A stretch of DNA of 63,078 nucleotides, filler included, from Octopus bimaculoides (lineage: Eukaryota): the NCBI RefSeq assembly GCF_001194135.2. It is 6 parts of 6 records of this genome, joined end to end, with 100 filler letters (N's around TTAATTAATTAA, not from the genome) between each part and the next. Parts side by side here need not be neighbours in the genome. Positions count along the whole stretch, not along the records: positions 38,481 to 51,440 come from NC_068989.1; positions 51,541 to 56,160 come from NC_068993.1; positions 56,261 to 63,078 come from NC_068981.1; 3 more parts are not named here. The stretch is one strand, 5' to 3'. Made by a program: the position numbers and the translations under genes. The notes beneath the pieces are model-generated. The model did not search any database and was not told the origin of the DNA. It worked only from the letters and a program-made list of their open reading frames with translations. This document shows positions 51,321 through 63,078 of this stretch, one piece after another (position 1 is the stretch's first letter; each line of letters begins with the position of its first letter).

Positions 51321-51440
51321 ATAGAAATGAAATAAGATATAATAAATTATAATAAAAAAGGTTGATAGGGGATAAAGAAGTTAATACTATATAAAATGGC
51401 GCAATAAAAACAAAAAATGAATGATGAACAAAAATGAAAT

Positions 51441-51540
51441 NNNNNNNNNNNNNNNNNNNNNNNNNNNNNNNNNNNNNNNNNNNNTTAATTAATTAANNNN
51501 NNNNNNNNNNNNNNNNNNNNNNNNNNNNNNNNNNNNNNNN
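51441..51540. other. Assembly linker
   Basis: Identical 100-nt structure. Confidence 0.93.
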
Positions 51541-52917
51541 ATATATATATATATATACATACATACATATATATGTATATATTTACGCATATAGAATTGA
51601 AATGATGGTGAGATGTCTGAATGTCATGGGTTTTAAGTGACAGCAGTGTATACAACACTCTTGCTGCTCTCTTGTTCCCCATAGTAGGTTTCGCTACTGA
51701 TGGGTAATCTATTTATATCCTTAGGTGGGACCCTGACCGTACAGAATCAGAACGGACCTGGGAGTTATGGTAAATAAGGGGTGACTCAACGCTCGCCAGA
51801 GTTCCAGAACACCCAAATAGTTTTATACGCAATTCACACACACACACACACACATACATATAAAAATGAAGCTTCGGCACTACTAATATCTATCGTCAAC
51901 ACCAACCCAACTACTGCTCTTACCAACAAACCTGTTCCTTTTAAAATAAAAGACATTCATGTATGATAACGTAGTTTCTTGTGATTTGATTAATGAATGA
52001 AATTACTCTAATCTTAGGTCAATGAGCTTTGACTAAACAGCAACAAGAAAAAAGAATTAACACGAAAGTATAACTATCAGCACTACCAACACCATCACCA
52101 GCGCCAAAACCAACATAGCCAACAGCACTACCAACCTGTAACAATTCTAAATTATAATAATAATATTCTTATAAAACAGAGTTATGTCTTTCTTTCAAAC
52201 ATAAATACTTTTCAAAATTTAAAGAAAAAAATAGAAAAATTCATAGAAAAAATATTATAATAAGAGAAAAATATATCTGAATAAATTCCCTCCTGTCGAG
52301 ACACGAAGCCGAAGTGAGAATTTTCAAAGTAAAATATGACTTTTATGCTATTTACAGCAAGCTGGCTAAACGTGAAGTAATATACGCGCACGTATATTCA
52401 ATTGAAAGACATCATTTTGAAGAACTATTTTGCAAATAAAAATTTATCAACAATCTGCCGCGCGTGATGGTTTTTTGCGGGAGCTTGATGAAATTTGCAA
52501 TGAAATTTTTGCAAGAAATGTCTACCGAATACTTAGAATCAAAAATTTATAATTTGTACTCGTAATTAGAATTGATATATTTCAGCATCCCCTCACAAAA
52601 TAAATTTCCGTCATGAATACAAATGGTCCCACCTATTTGTTTTAAGGGAATTTTATTCCCCAACAACACTAGGTACTGAACCAGTATTCCCTTGGATGCA
52701 ACCATCCCTTCACAAGGTTAACATATCTTCTAATTAAATATGGATCAAAACAGTTTAATTCAAATTCATTGGTACTCTTGAGTTTCAGGCGGACGACCAG
52801 CATCGCACTTGAGACTCAAGAGTACCAACGAATATGAATCAAACTGTTTTGATACATGCATGCAACTCTCAATAAATTGGTTGAGTGAGTACTCTGATTT
52901 CGTTTGTCCACTCACAC

Positions 52918-52953
<36 letters not shown>

Positions 52954-53529
52954 GTTGTGTGTGTATACACACACACATATATTCATACATACAGCGTGTG
53001 TCTGGAGATTGTGAAAGGGAGAGAGAGAGATGTAAGAACGAGTAGACAATAAATATGGGCCAGCAATTTCAATTGTATGTATGTAGTATCCCTCCCCACC
53101 AGTGTCCAGCTGTATTGACTATACACAACTGTTAAAAAAATAATTCCTTCATCTGGGCAGTAACTTACGATGTTCTTAAGGTGCGCATTTTATGCGACCC
53201 TCTGATAACATTTAATCATCTGTCTACCTCCTTTTCTTATTTTTTAAATGTCATTCTTCCACATAATGCTAAATTTAGCCTTCCACCCTCTCTTAATTCA
53301 ACACAGACGGCTGCTATCCCAATAACAGTAACATTTTTGTAAATATTCCATTAATGTTACGTACATGCGATACATGTCTTTGAAGATCTGGCAACACATT
53401 TTGGTTATGTAGTTTATATTATATAATTAGTTACGCTTTGTAAATGAAACTTTCGTAATGTTGTGTAACTGAATATTTTATAAACAGCATCTCTGTTTTG
53501 TTTTGTTTTGTATAGATCGATAGGTATAT

Positions 53530-53693
53530 AGACAGTTAGACAGGCAGGCAAATAGAAAAACAGATAGAGAAAAAGGCAGACAGATAAACAGACAGACAGA
53601 CAGGGAGGGAGGCGGGTAAACAGACAGACAGACAGACAGACAGACAGGGAGGCAGACAGGCAGACAGACAGACAGACAGGGAGGCAGACAGAC

Positions 53694-53751
<58 letters not shown>

Positions 53752-53757
53752 CAAGTT

Positions 53758-53809
<52 letters not shown>
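53530..53809. repeat. (AGAC)n/(AGAT)n tetranucleotide microsatellites; the same class occurs at 34055-34160 and 38165-38340
   Basis: Direct inspection. Confidence 0.9.
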
Positions 53810-55939
53810 NNNNNNNNNNNNNNNNNNNNNNNNNNNNNNNNNNNNNNNNNNNNNNNNNNNNNNNNNNNNNNNNNNNNNNNNNNNNNNNNNNNNNNNNNNN
53901 NNNNNNNNNNNNNNNNNNNNNNNNNNNNNNNNNNNNNNNNNNNNNNNNNNNNNNNNNNNNNNNNNNNNNNNNNNNNNNNNNNNNNNNNNNNNNNNNNNNN
54001 NNNNNNNNNNNNNNNNNNNNNNNNNNNNNNNNNNNNNNNNNNNNNNNNNNNNNNNNNNNNNNNNNNNNNNNNNNNNNNNNNNNNNNNNNNNNNNNNNNNN
54101 NNNNNNNNNNNNNNNNNNNNNNNNNNNNNNNNNNNNNNNNNNNNNNNNNNNNNNNNNNNNNGGTGTGTAATGCAATGCATGTTATAATAGTATGCGTATT
54201 GTGTCTGTATGTAATAAATGTATTACTTGTATATCTGTGTGTTTTATGATGAACTTGTCTGTAACATATAGCATTAGTGTGTATCATATGTATTTGCATT
54301 TGCGACGTTTCTTTCTACCGCCAGTGCTAAAATCCAACAGACTGTATATGCATACGAAGCTACACTAGACGTACACAACTAATTATGCACATGCCTTATG
54401 CGTATCTCTCGTTGATTTTGTTTTTATACTCAGTTTATCATTGTTTATACACCTCCTAGTATTCTTCCTTTCATCTTTCGTTTCCATCACTTCTTATCCT
54501 TTATTTCACCTCTCTTCCATTTCTTCCCCTTAACTTATTTACTTTCTATGTAATCTTCATTAGCAGAGTTCACATCACAAGGTCAACCGAATATTCAACG
54601 CCCTTTCAATCCAGCAGGCAAGATGGATTTCAGTTGTTATGTAACTTTGATCTTTCATTAACTAAAGGAAGTAATTAATAATACAGGCCTTAATCAAAAT
54701 TTACTTGTGATGTTTTCAAGTCGTCGAAGGCATACCCTATGTAGTCAAGTAAGAAATTAACTTAAAAGCTCATTAAATGGAGACAGGTTAATTCTTTCGA
54801 TTTAATTTCATTCTAAATACTTTCAAAGTGTATCTACGTCAATATTCTAAATATCATTAAAATTGTTGTTTAATGATGTTATTTCCGCTTGTAGAAGATG
54901 ACCTTCACTAATACATAGCGTTATATATGTTCGTGTTTGTGTGTGTATGTGTATGCGAGTGTGTGTACGTGTGTGTTTGTGTGTGTGTATGTGTGTTTAT
55001 TTATGCATGCATGCATCTATAAGGTAAAAATAATAGATTATAAAAACTAGCAATATAGAAAACAAAGAGAGAACAAAGTGTAATTACTAACATATGAAAA
55101 GTGGCATTTTGCTGAGGTACCCGTCCCCAGTGAACAACTTGTATGAAAATGCTATCTTTATGAGTGTGTTTTCCTTTGGAAGAAGAAAAAAATAGTTGTT
55201 TCTTTGGGCATGTAAATTCGAACCTCTATCTATGGAATTCCCCTTTAAGTTACAACAGCATTTCTCACTGGAAAACAAACGTTGACTCCAGTTACATTTA
55301 AGTGTTTTCCACTTGACCATTTATCACCTACTGCAGTTTTCCCCTATTGTTCTCTGAGTTATGTCTCTTTTTTCTCGTTCTGCGATAATTATAAATACTA
55401 GGATCCTGTAAGGATGAGTTAGTTGGTGAGATGAGATGACTACGACCAGAGACGTCAGCCACTATGATACTTTCGCTAGCTCACATTTCAATGGCAAATA
55501 TCATTTTATCTTTCCCCGCTGCTGCCTAAATGATAGGGAGCACGAAAGTATCATTGTGTCTTCCTTTCTGTCACTCTATAAGGGCTAACTACTACAAGCA
55601 ACGTAAACACAGCACAACAAAATAAAAGGAGTGACCTCCCTTTTGTTTTGATCGCCCTTTTGAGAATTTGGGATGAACCGAAGAAATTGACGACTTCGAT
55701 CTCCAACAATGGATTTTCAACCAATAAGGACTGGCAAACTCAAATCTCTTTGTAACAGCTTTGCGTTTTGAATTCTAATATCTTGTGGCGGATTGTGCCG
55801 TGGACTGAAATGTATTATAACAGCTTCGCGCTGTCTTTCATGTGAGTTTTGGTATTCCTTTCTGAATATATAATTGAATTATTACGGACATATTTGTTAT
55901 ATTTGCTGTTTTCCTTTCGTCTAAACCGTAATAATGTAT

Positions 55940-56160
55940 ATAGATGAAGAGGGGAGGAGAGTTGAGCTCATGTGGCGCAAAGGAGCGAAGAGAGAAGATT
56001 AATCCCTGTTCACGGCGCAAACGGGAGTCCAGATGGCCCCTGCGCAAGGACAGTTCGAACACGGACAGATGTTGCAAAGAGTGACCGGTAGAGCGGAATT
56101 GGCGCGAGACTTGGGTGTCATTTCCGAGTCGGATGTTTCGGGGGTGTTCCGCGAAACGGT
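55940..56160 (-). mobile_element. Penelope-like element, C-terminal half of the GIY-YIG endonuclease; cut by the linker
   Basis: Minus strand RFAEHPRNIRLGNDTQVSRQFRSTGHSLQHLSVFELSLRRGHLDSRLRREQGLIFSLRSFAPHELNSPPLFI matches the PLE pattern RF.EH....PVA.HF...GHS....EQ.LIF.L....P.GLN. Confidence 0.82.
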
Positions 56161-56260
56161 NNNNNNNNNNNNNNNNNNNNNNNNNNNNNNNNNNNNNNNN
56201 NNNNTTAATTAATTAANNNNNNNNNNNNNNNNNNNNNNNNNNNNNNNNNNNNNNNNNNNN
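56161..56260. other. Assembly linker
   Basis: Identical 100-nt structure. Confidence 0.93.
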
Positions 56261-56580
56261 CCTGAAACGATGAAAGGCAAAGTCGACCTCAGCGGAATTT
56301 GAACTCAGAAGGTAGCGACGGGCGAACCGCTAACGATTCTGCCAGCTCGCCACCTTAAGCTAAAAATAATCTGCCAAGTTGTGCATATTTTGTACTTGTG
56401 AAGAAAATCATTCTTTGTTGTATTTCTTTCGATCGATAATTTCTGAGTACAAATCCAGTTGATGTCAACTTTACCTTTCATGCATCTGGGTTCGATAAAA
56501 TAAAGTACCAGTGGAATAGCAGAGTTAATGATATCAACTAAACTCTTCCCCTCAAAATTGTTAGCTCTGTGCCTAAATCC
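56261..56580. mobile_element. SINE family A fragments (minus 56261-56358, plus 56440-56580)
   Basis: Reverse-complement head ctaacgattctgccagctcgccacctt and a plus-strand core. Confidence 0.7.
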
Positions 56581-57924
56581 TTATTCATACACACACACAT
56601 TTATAAACATGTAGACAGAAAAATAGACAGACAGACAGACAGATAGATAGATAGATAGATAGACGTAATTATTCGTGACAAACTGCAGATTCGTCAAATG
56701 TGCTTCAAGTAGAAAGAAACTCTCTCACACACACAAATACACACACATGCATATGCTATGTATATGTGTGTGTGTGTGTTTGTGTGTGTATGTATGTATG
56801 TATGTATATGTATATATAAACCATTAGCACCAGTGGCATCAACGGTAGCAATCTAAAATAAGTAGAAACATAATTAGATAAAAATTTGCTATCACTTTTA
56901 AAAGGCTAGAAATAGAGTTATGGGTATGATGGTGGTGGTGGTGGTGGGTGGGGCTGGGACAGAGATATTAGGTAGAATAGAAAGAGTGAGGAAATGAGAA
57001 AGATAAAACTTCTCTTAAGACATAAAAGCCAGCTGCGTTGCTTGGATTCTGCATGATTTTGTGGCGCTAAAATTCGAGCTATATTAAATTAAATACACAT
57101 TAAAATATTTAACATAAAAAAGTAAAAAAAAAAACAACAACAACAGTAAAAACTTTGAAGAATCACATCAAATTACATGTTAGATGTTTAAATGAGAAAT
57201 GAAGACAACTTTCCAATTCACACTGCATTTGTAATATGGTTTAGTATTAAGTTACCAGTCGCCTGTAGCATTTAGAGGAAGGAAAACACATGATACAACA
57301 GTCGTAGATAGGTTGGTAAAAACGTTATATGATAGCAGTATGTCTAAATCGTGAATAACTATCTAATATGACTGTAATCTTCCGAATTTCTGATACATCA
57401 GTTAAATTATTCTGAGCTGGCTTTTCTAAGACAGCAAGTAGTCGCTCAACCTTCTAGAAATAGCAGCTAAATCTTTCTCAAATTATATGCGTGTTTCAGC
57501 CATAAGGTCGGCGTAATCTTCTATTGACTTCAAAAACTGCCTGTTCTTGTCCATTCGACTATTTTTCAAAACATTTCAGGCATTCATATTTTATTATTTA
57601 CAGAATATTTGATTCCATCTGACCATTTTCGAGTTGGTTTTACTCTTTCCTGTCTATCAATCTGTTCATTATTTCAAGACAGTATTTTCTTTTCAAGATT
57701 GCCGTTTGCTCTTGTAATAGGGATATATAGATATATAACGTATCAAGAAGTTAAAGGTAACCACCATGCTTAGTTAAACTAGCTTTATAGTAGAGGCTCT
57801 TCTTTGAGCCAAGAACTAACAGAAAAACCTCAACGAGAAATTATGCCGCGTGAGAATATTCGGATTATTTGTCTTAGAAGATTTTCTTTTTAGTTCTTGT
57901 TTCATAAGTTCTGAGTAATATGTT

Positions 57925-58298
57925 GATGTTGGCACTCCGTCGCTTACGACGTCGAGGATTCCAGTTGATCCGATCAACGAAACAGCCTGCTCGTGAAATT
58001 AACGTGCAAGTGGCTGGGCACTCCACAGACACGTGTAACCTTAACGTAGTTCTCGGGGATATTCAGTGTGACAAGGCTGACCCTTTGAATTACAGGTGCA
58101 ACAAAAACAAGAAGTAAGAGTGAGAGAAAGTTGTGGTGAAAGAGTACAACAGGGTTCGCCACCATCCCCTGCCGGAGCCTCGTGGAGCTTTAGGTGTTTT
58201 CGCTCAATAAACACTCACAACGCCCGGTCTGGGAATCGAAATCGCGATCCTATGACCGCGAGTGCGCTGCCCTAACCGCTGGGCCATTGCGCCTCCAC
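57925..58298 (-). mobile_element. SINE family C, full length with tRNA head
   Basis: Ends ctgggaatcgaaatcgcg..ccctaaccgctgggccattgcgcc, the reverse complement of the B-box and A-box. Confidence 0.82.
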
Positions 58299-60012
58299 TC
58301 TGAGCAATATAAAGTTTTCCTTTTCTTAAGTCCCAAGTTACTCTAATGATTGAAAAAAATTGGGTATGTGTACTATATATGATGCATGAACGTCAGAGAA
58401 ATAAACCATGTATATTATCGCGAAATACACAGAACAGGCAAAGTGTTAAAATGAAAAATAAAAGCGGACATACTGGATGTATTGTGTCTAAAAAGAAAAA
58501 AAAAAGGCGGGATGGCATTCCTGTGATTATAGGTCTGCTAGATTTGGGTTGACTTATGTGAAACAACAACAGCAACAACAATGATAAAAACCCCAATGAA
58601 TTCAGACTATCAAGGTATCGATCTACCTAACTTTCTCACCAGGATAATGTGATCATAGCAGGCCTGTTACTCTATGGAGTCATGAATGCTTTTGTTGTTC
58701 ATTTTTGGTGACAGTGGTGTTGCTATTTAGCTTCCAAGCCAACCCTGACTGAGCAGAATTGTGTTCAACGACACTCTATCCGTAACCACTCCGCCTTTCT
58801 ATAGCGCATTGTATATGTAGAATTACTTCTTTCGATGAGTGTGTTCATTTCTTTCAAAAGACAGAAGGAGTGTAATTTAAGGAAGATTTAGTTGTTATTT
58901 CTAGCTGATCAACGAACATGCAGATGCTCTCTCTATTTGTTTCTCCTTTTGAGTTTATGCTTGCAGCATGGTATTAAGAGAGTGTTTATAAAGTCAATGT
59001 GTCTCTCACGGATATACAAGCAGTTGAGAAAACTAAATTGTTCAGACATTATTTTGACACCTACAGTAAAATTACTCAATCGAACAGATGTCTCATTATT
59101 TTGTCTGCGCTGATCTTTATATTTGGCAAATTCTAATTGTTATGTCAAAATACATTTTGATTATATAATGTCATAAGTCGGTTGCTTGATATGGTTGACT
59201 CTCTCATCTCACTCGCCATATCTTCATGTTCTGGGAAAAGAAAATCCGTTTGTTGTTGGCGGTGATGTTGTTGTCGTCGTCGTCGTCGCTATTGATGTGG
59301 TGGCACTGAATGGAGATGGTGTTTTTTCTTTGTTTTGTTGTTTTCGTTATTTTGCTACGAGCCTCAGTTGCTACTTAGGGAGTTTTAGGGGATTAATATT
59401 ATTTCCTTGTCACCAGAAATGTGAAACTAGATAATCTAAAAAAAAAAAAACCGAAAAGGTTGATTATGATTCCTTTTATTGCCACCGAAGGAGACAGTTG
59501 AGAGATCGTTATGGACAAAGGCCTACTGGTTGACCGATCGGAACGCTCTATCCCATGACATCATCGTTTGTTCACAAATGCCCGCAATAAACTCAACCTT
59601 GATGATCATGTACTGACCCACAAGCAAGATCTCCACACTAAACATATTCAACCTCAGAAAAATACGCGATGCCACAGTTTTTTTCACGTTTCTTGTTCTT
59701 CAGAATCTATGAAGTTACTGGATGCAGCAGTCTCATATTTATGATTACTTTATTAAGCTAAAAACCTTCTTGCCATGGTACATATATATGTGACAGACAC
59801 AACACAAGGCACATAAAGCTATACATAATAGCATGTAGATTTTTTTAATGTTCCCTCGAAAGTTTACAAACTCTGAAGAGATCAATAGGAAAATTGGTTA
59901 ATAGAAAGTGAGACTGAAAACGGGGACAAACTGTATATTGATGCTTTGATAATGATTAAAATAATAGATAAATTCTTAAACCAAAACCCCAGGTCTTACA
60001 CACATATATATA

Positions 60013-60865
60013 CGAGGTGCATTTCAAAAGTTTTGGTACTTTTTTTAGGAAAAACAATAAATGTTCTAGACTATAGTAATTTTAGTATATCATTATTATA
60101 CATCTAATAAGTTTACCTGCCTATTTTTGTTACTTGAGATTGAAGGAGACAGCTGTATCAGTATTTTGAACACACTCAACTAAACGCTGCTTGTCAGAGC
60201 TGACTAGTTTTCAGAATGCTGTTGGGACATGAAGATAATTTGGAAGCTTGTTATGCCATTAAGTTTTGTGTTAAACTGTGCAAATATGCTACAGAAATTT
60301 ATGAAATGCTCCAGCATCTTAACAGATTATGTTGTATGAGGCGGGTGTTGGTTTTTCGCTGGCAGAAAAGGCCAGGAAAAGCAAGTCCACTGGATAGAAT
60401 ATGATGATCTCCTTTTTGGACAGCAAGGGTATCATCTGCATCTACAAGATTCCCTCTAACCAGAGGGTCAACAAAGAGTACTTTTCGGAGGTATTGACAG
60501 AGTTCAAGAAGAGATATAGTTGCAAAAGGCCAAAAGACCTGCACCAGGACAAAACATCAGTCCACAATTCCATCTTGGTAACCAACTACTTAACAGAGTT
60601 GGGTATCAAAACCGTCCCTCACCTTCCCAGAGCTTGCTCCTTGGTAGTTCTCCAACATGAAGGAGAAGATGAAAGAGTATGTGACAAGGGTTCCGGACAC
60701 CTTCACTTTGAAGGACTTCTATGGGGCTTTCACGAAGTAGCTAGAGCTCTACAAGTGCATTGAAGTCAGGGGAGCCTATGTTGAAGAAGTTTGGTGTTTT
60801 GTACTTCTCTGAAATTAATAAATGTCTCTCCTGGAAAAGTCTTGAAACTTCTGGAATGAACCTTG
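60013..60865 (+). mobile_element. Mariner (Tc1/mariner) element, internally deleted and decayed
   Basis: TA at 60011-12. Degenerate 31-bp TIRs (23/31 by hand). HTH fragment YAIKFCVKLCKYATEIYEMLQ..VFRWQKR is fused to DDD-domain pieces MMISFLDSKGII..VNKEYF and LHQDKTSVH (LHQDNAPAH-like). Confidence 0.9.
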
Positions 60866-61184
60866 TGCAATATACAGATTATAGCACATCTAGACAGACA
60901 CTACACATATATAACGTAACATACATTCATTACAATAGGAACACACAAAACAGTACATAACAAGTTCACACAAATCACTAAGCTATGCGCAAAGTTACAG
61001 TAAAAGTATGTGATAAAAATATGGCATAAAGTGATAATAGTAAATTCATTATTGACTGCAAAGACAGCGGATGAGGGACAGCACATGAAGAACACAAACA
61101 CACAAAACAAAGAAAGAACAGGATCTGTCCCGAGTCCTAGGACTCATACGGCGGTTACCTGTTTTTTTTTGTTTTTTTTTTGGA

Positions 61185-61635
61185 GGCGCGTGGTTTAGGG
61201 GTTAGGGTGTTGGACTTATGATTGTAAGGTTGTGGTTTCGATTCCTGGATCGGGTGACGCGTTGTGTTCTTGAGCAAAACACTTCATTTCACATTGCTGC
61301 AGTCCACTCAGCTGGCAAAAATGAGTAATCCTACGACGGACCAGCGTCGCGTCCAAGTGGGAATATATGCCATGAGACCGGGAAACCGGCCCTTATGAGT
61401 CGGTATGACTCGAAAAGATAACAACTTTTTACCTTTTTATACCTGAGCGAGGCTATAACAGTTCACCCTGAAAGGGACGCCAGTTCGTCGTAGAGTTACC
61501 CATTTACAGCTGAGTGGACTGGTTGGGATGAAATGAAGTATTGTAATCAAGAAAACAACGCAGTGCTCGGTAGGGGAATCGATACCACGATCCCAAGATT
61601 GTGAGTGCTGCACCTTAACCACTAGACGACGCGCC
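61185..61635. mobile_element. Two SINE family C copies, tail-to-tail inverted (plus 61185-61420, minus 61440-61635)
   Basis: cagtccactcagctgg on plus versus cagctgagtggactgg, with the reverse-complement head ccttaaccactagacgacgcgcc. Confidence 0.75.
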
Positions 61636-61740
61636 TTAGCAGAATTTAGGAATAATAAATCGATATTTCTTAACCAAAGAAAGGCTTGCGTGAATGTTAG
61701 ATTTTTTAGTAAATTCCTTTACTGATATTAGTTTCAAATT

Positions 61741-62185
61741 AAGGCGATGAGCTGGCAGAATCTTTAGCACGCCGGGCGAAATGCTTAGCGGTATTTCATC
61801 TGGTGCTATGTTCTGAGTTCAAATTCCGCCGGGGTCGACTTTGCCTTTCATCCTTTCGGTATCGTAAATTAAGTACCAGTTACGTACTGGGGTCGATCTA
61901 ACCGACTGGCCCACTCCCCCAAAATTTCAGGCCTTGTGCCTATAGTAGAAAGGATATTAGATTCAAATTACAGAACAATGCCAACAATTTCGGCCGAGTT
62001 GGGTGGGTAAATCGAATACATCGATCTTAGAGTTTAAATGGTTCTTAATTTATCGACCCCGAAAGGGGTAAAAGGCAAAGTCGATCTCGGTGGAATTTGA
62101 ACTAAGACAGTGATAATGGACGAAATGCTACAAAGCAATTTGCTTAGAATTGTTTGACGTGCTAACGATTCTGCCAGCTCGTCGG
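61741..62185. mobile_element. Two SINE family A copies, tail-to-tail inverted (plus 61741-61955, minus 61985-62185)
   Basis: A nearly intact plus copy followed by ttatcgaccccgaaagggg..aaaggcaaagtcga..ctgccagctcg. Confidence 0.82.
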
Positions 62186-62586
62186 TTTGATTTTGCTTAC
62201 AGATATTACATTAAGACTTAGGTATATATACATGAAAAAATATATAAGGCAATGAATAAATAAAATGAATGTATCGTTAAAACATTTGTTGACTTTGATA
62301 CTCTTACAAAAAGGAGATTTCTACTCTGTTATAGGTATGCAGAAAATAAATATCGAGCCTATATAATATACAAGTGGGGAACCTATCGCTATATTTATCA
62401 TAGTGTATCAATTAAAATGTTTCTGGCGAATCTGTAAACTTAGAGATGTATGACAGGAGAAATAAATCGGCGAACAGCCTGTAGCACAAAGGTGATATAT
62501 CTGGTTCACTGTCTTTCTCTCCCCATTCTCCCTTTGTCTCTCTACCCGTTTCTCCCTCTCTCTCTCCATCTCTCTCTCTCCATCTC

Positions 62587-62617
<31 letters not shown>

Positions 62618-63078
62618 CTCTCTCTCTAGTGAGATACGTTCTTTCTCAAGTAACACAAATCATCTGATGACATCGAAGACGAAAATTTCTCACGCACACT
62701 GATCTTTTTTTTTTGTTTCAGGCTACTACGTGTGTATATGTGAATGTGTGAATGTGTGCGTATGTGTGTGTGTGCGCGTCCGTGTGCGTATGTGTATGTG
62801 TGTGTATATATGTCTATAATTCAAACTTACGGAAAAATTTGGATAAGTACTGTTTTTCACTTTGCTAAAGATTTTCTACTATTTGAAAATAATATGTATT
62901 CTTGTTTTTATATTATTCATTTGGTTCTTTATAGATTATTTTTAATAGATAACTTATTTAACACTAAATTATTTAGAAGTTATAGTTTCATTTCAACATA
63001 ATATTAGAACTTCGATTTGAATAGTGTTGATATATTTTCGATTATTTTTGATTAATAATATTTGATTAATTATTAATC

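Noticed and set aside
50045-51335. His/Thr- and Cys/Val-rich ORFs of up to 240 aa
   Set aside because: They are translations of (CA)/(TG) simple repeats; the same applies at 15.5-16.4 kb and 23.4-24.7 kb.
62665-62696. CTGATGA...GAAA hammerhead-like match (similar at 1222, 6045 and 59695)
   Set aside because: No helix II or helix I pairing.

Overview
This is eukaryotic, AT-rich, microsatellite-dense genomic DNA. The SINE families and repeat landscape look like a coleoid cephalopod (Octopus-like), which is an inference from recalled repeat motifs. The window is six blocks joined by five identical 100-nt artificial linkers (44 N + TTAATTAATTAA + 44 N), so adjacency across linkers is not evidence of biological linkage. 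One host gene is well supported: five phase-consistent coding exons (39126-45951, + strand) of the bHLH-ZIP factor MLX (Max-like protein X). I could not find its 5' exons. The rest is mostly transposon debris: a complete-ended but decayed piggyBac in an MLX intron, a Tigger/pogo fossil, an internally deleted mariner, a mariner foldback MITE, R4/Dong-like and RTE-like LINE fragments, a Penelope-like GIY-YIG remnant, two GG...CC / 8-bp-TSD foldback MITEs carrying telomeric repeats, and many tRNA-derived SINEs. The most interesting signal is a tRNA-headed SINE-like element (two copies) whose tail holds a minimal hammerhead ribozyme of the type known from Penelope-like elements. One copy is inserted with an inverted duplicate of its own 3' end inside a single 12-bp TSD. 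All coordinates and counts were derived by hand; no searches were run.
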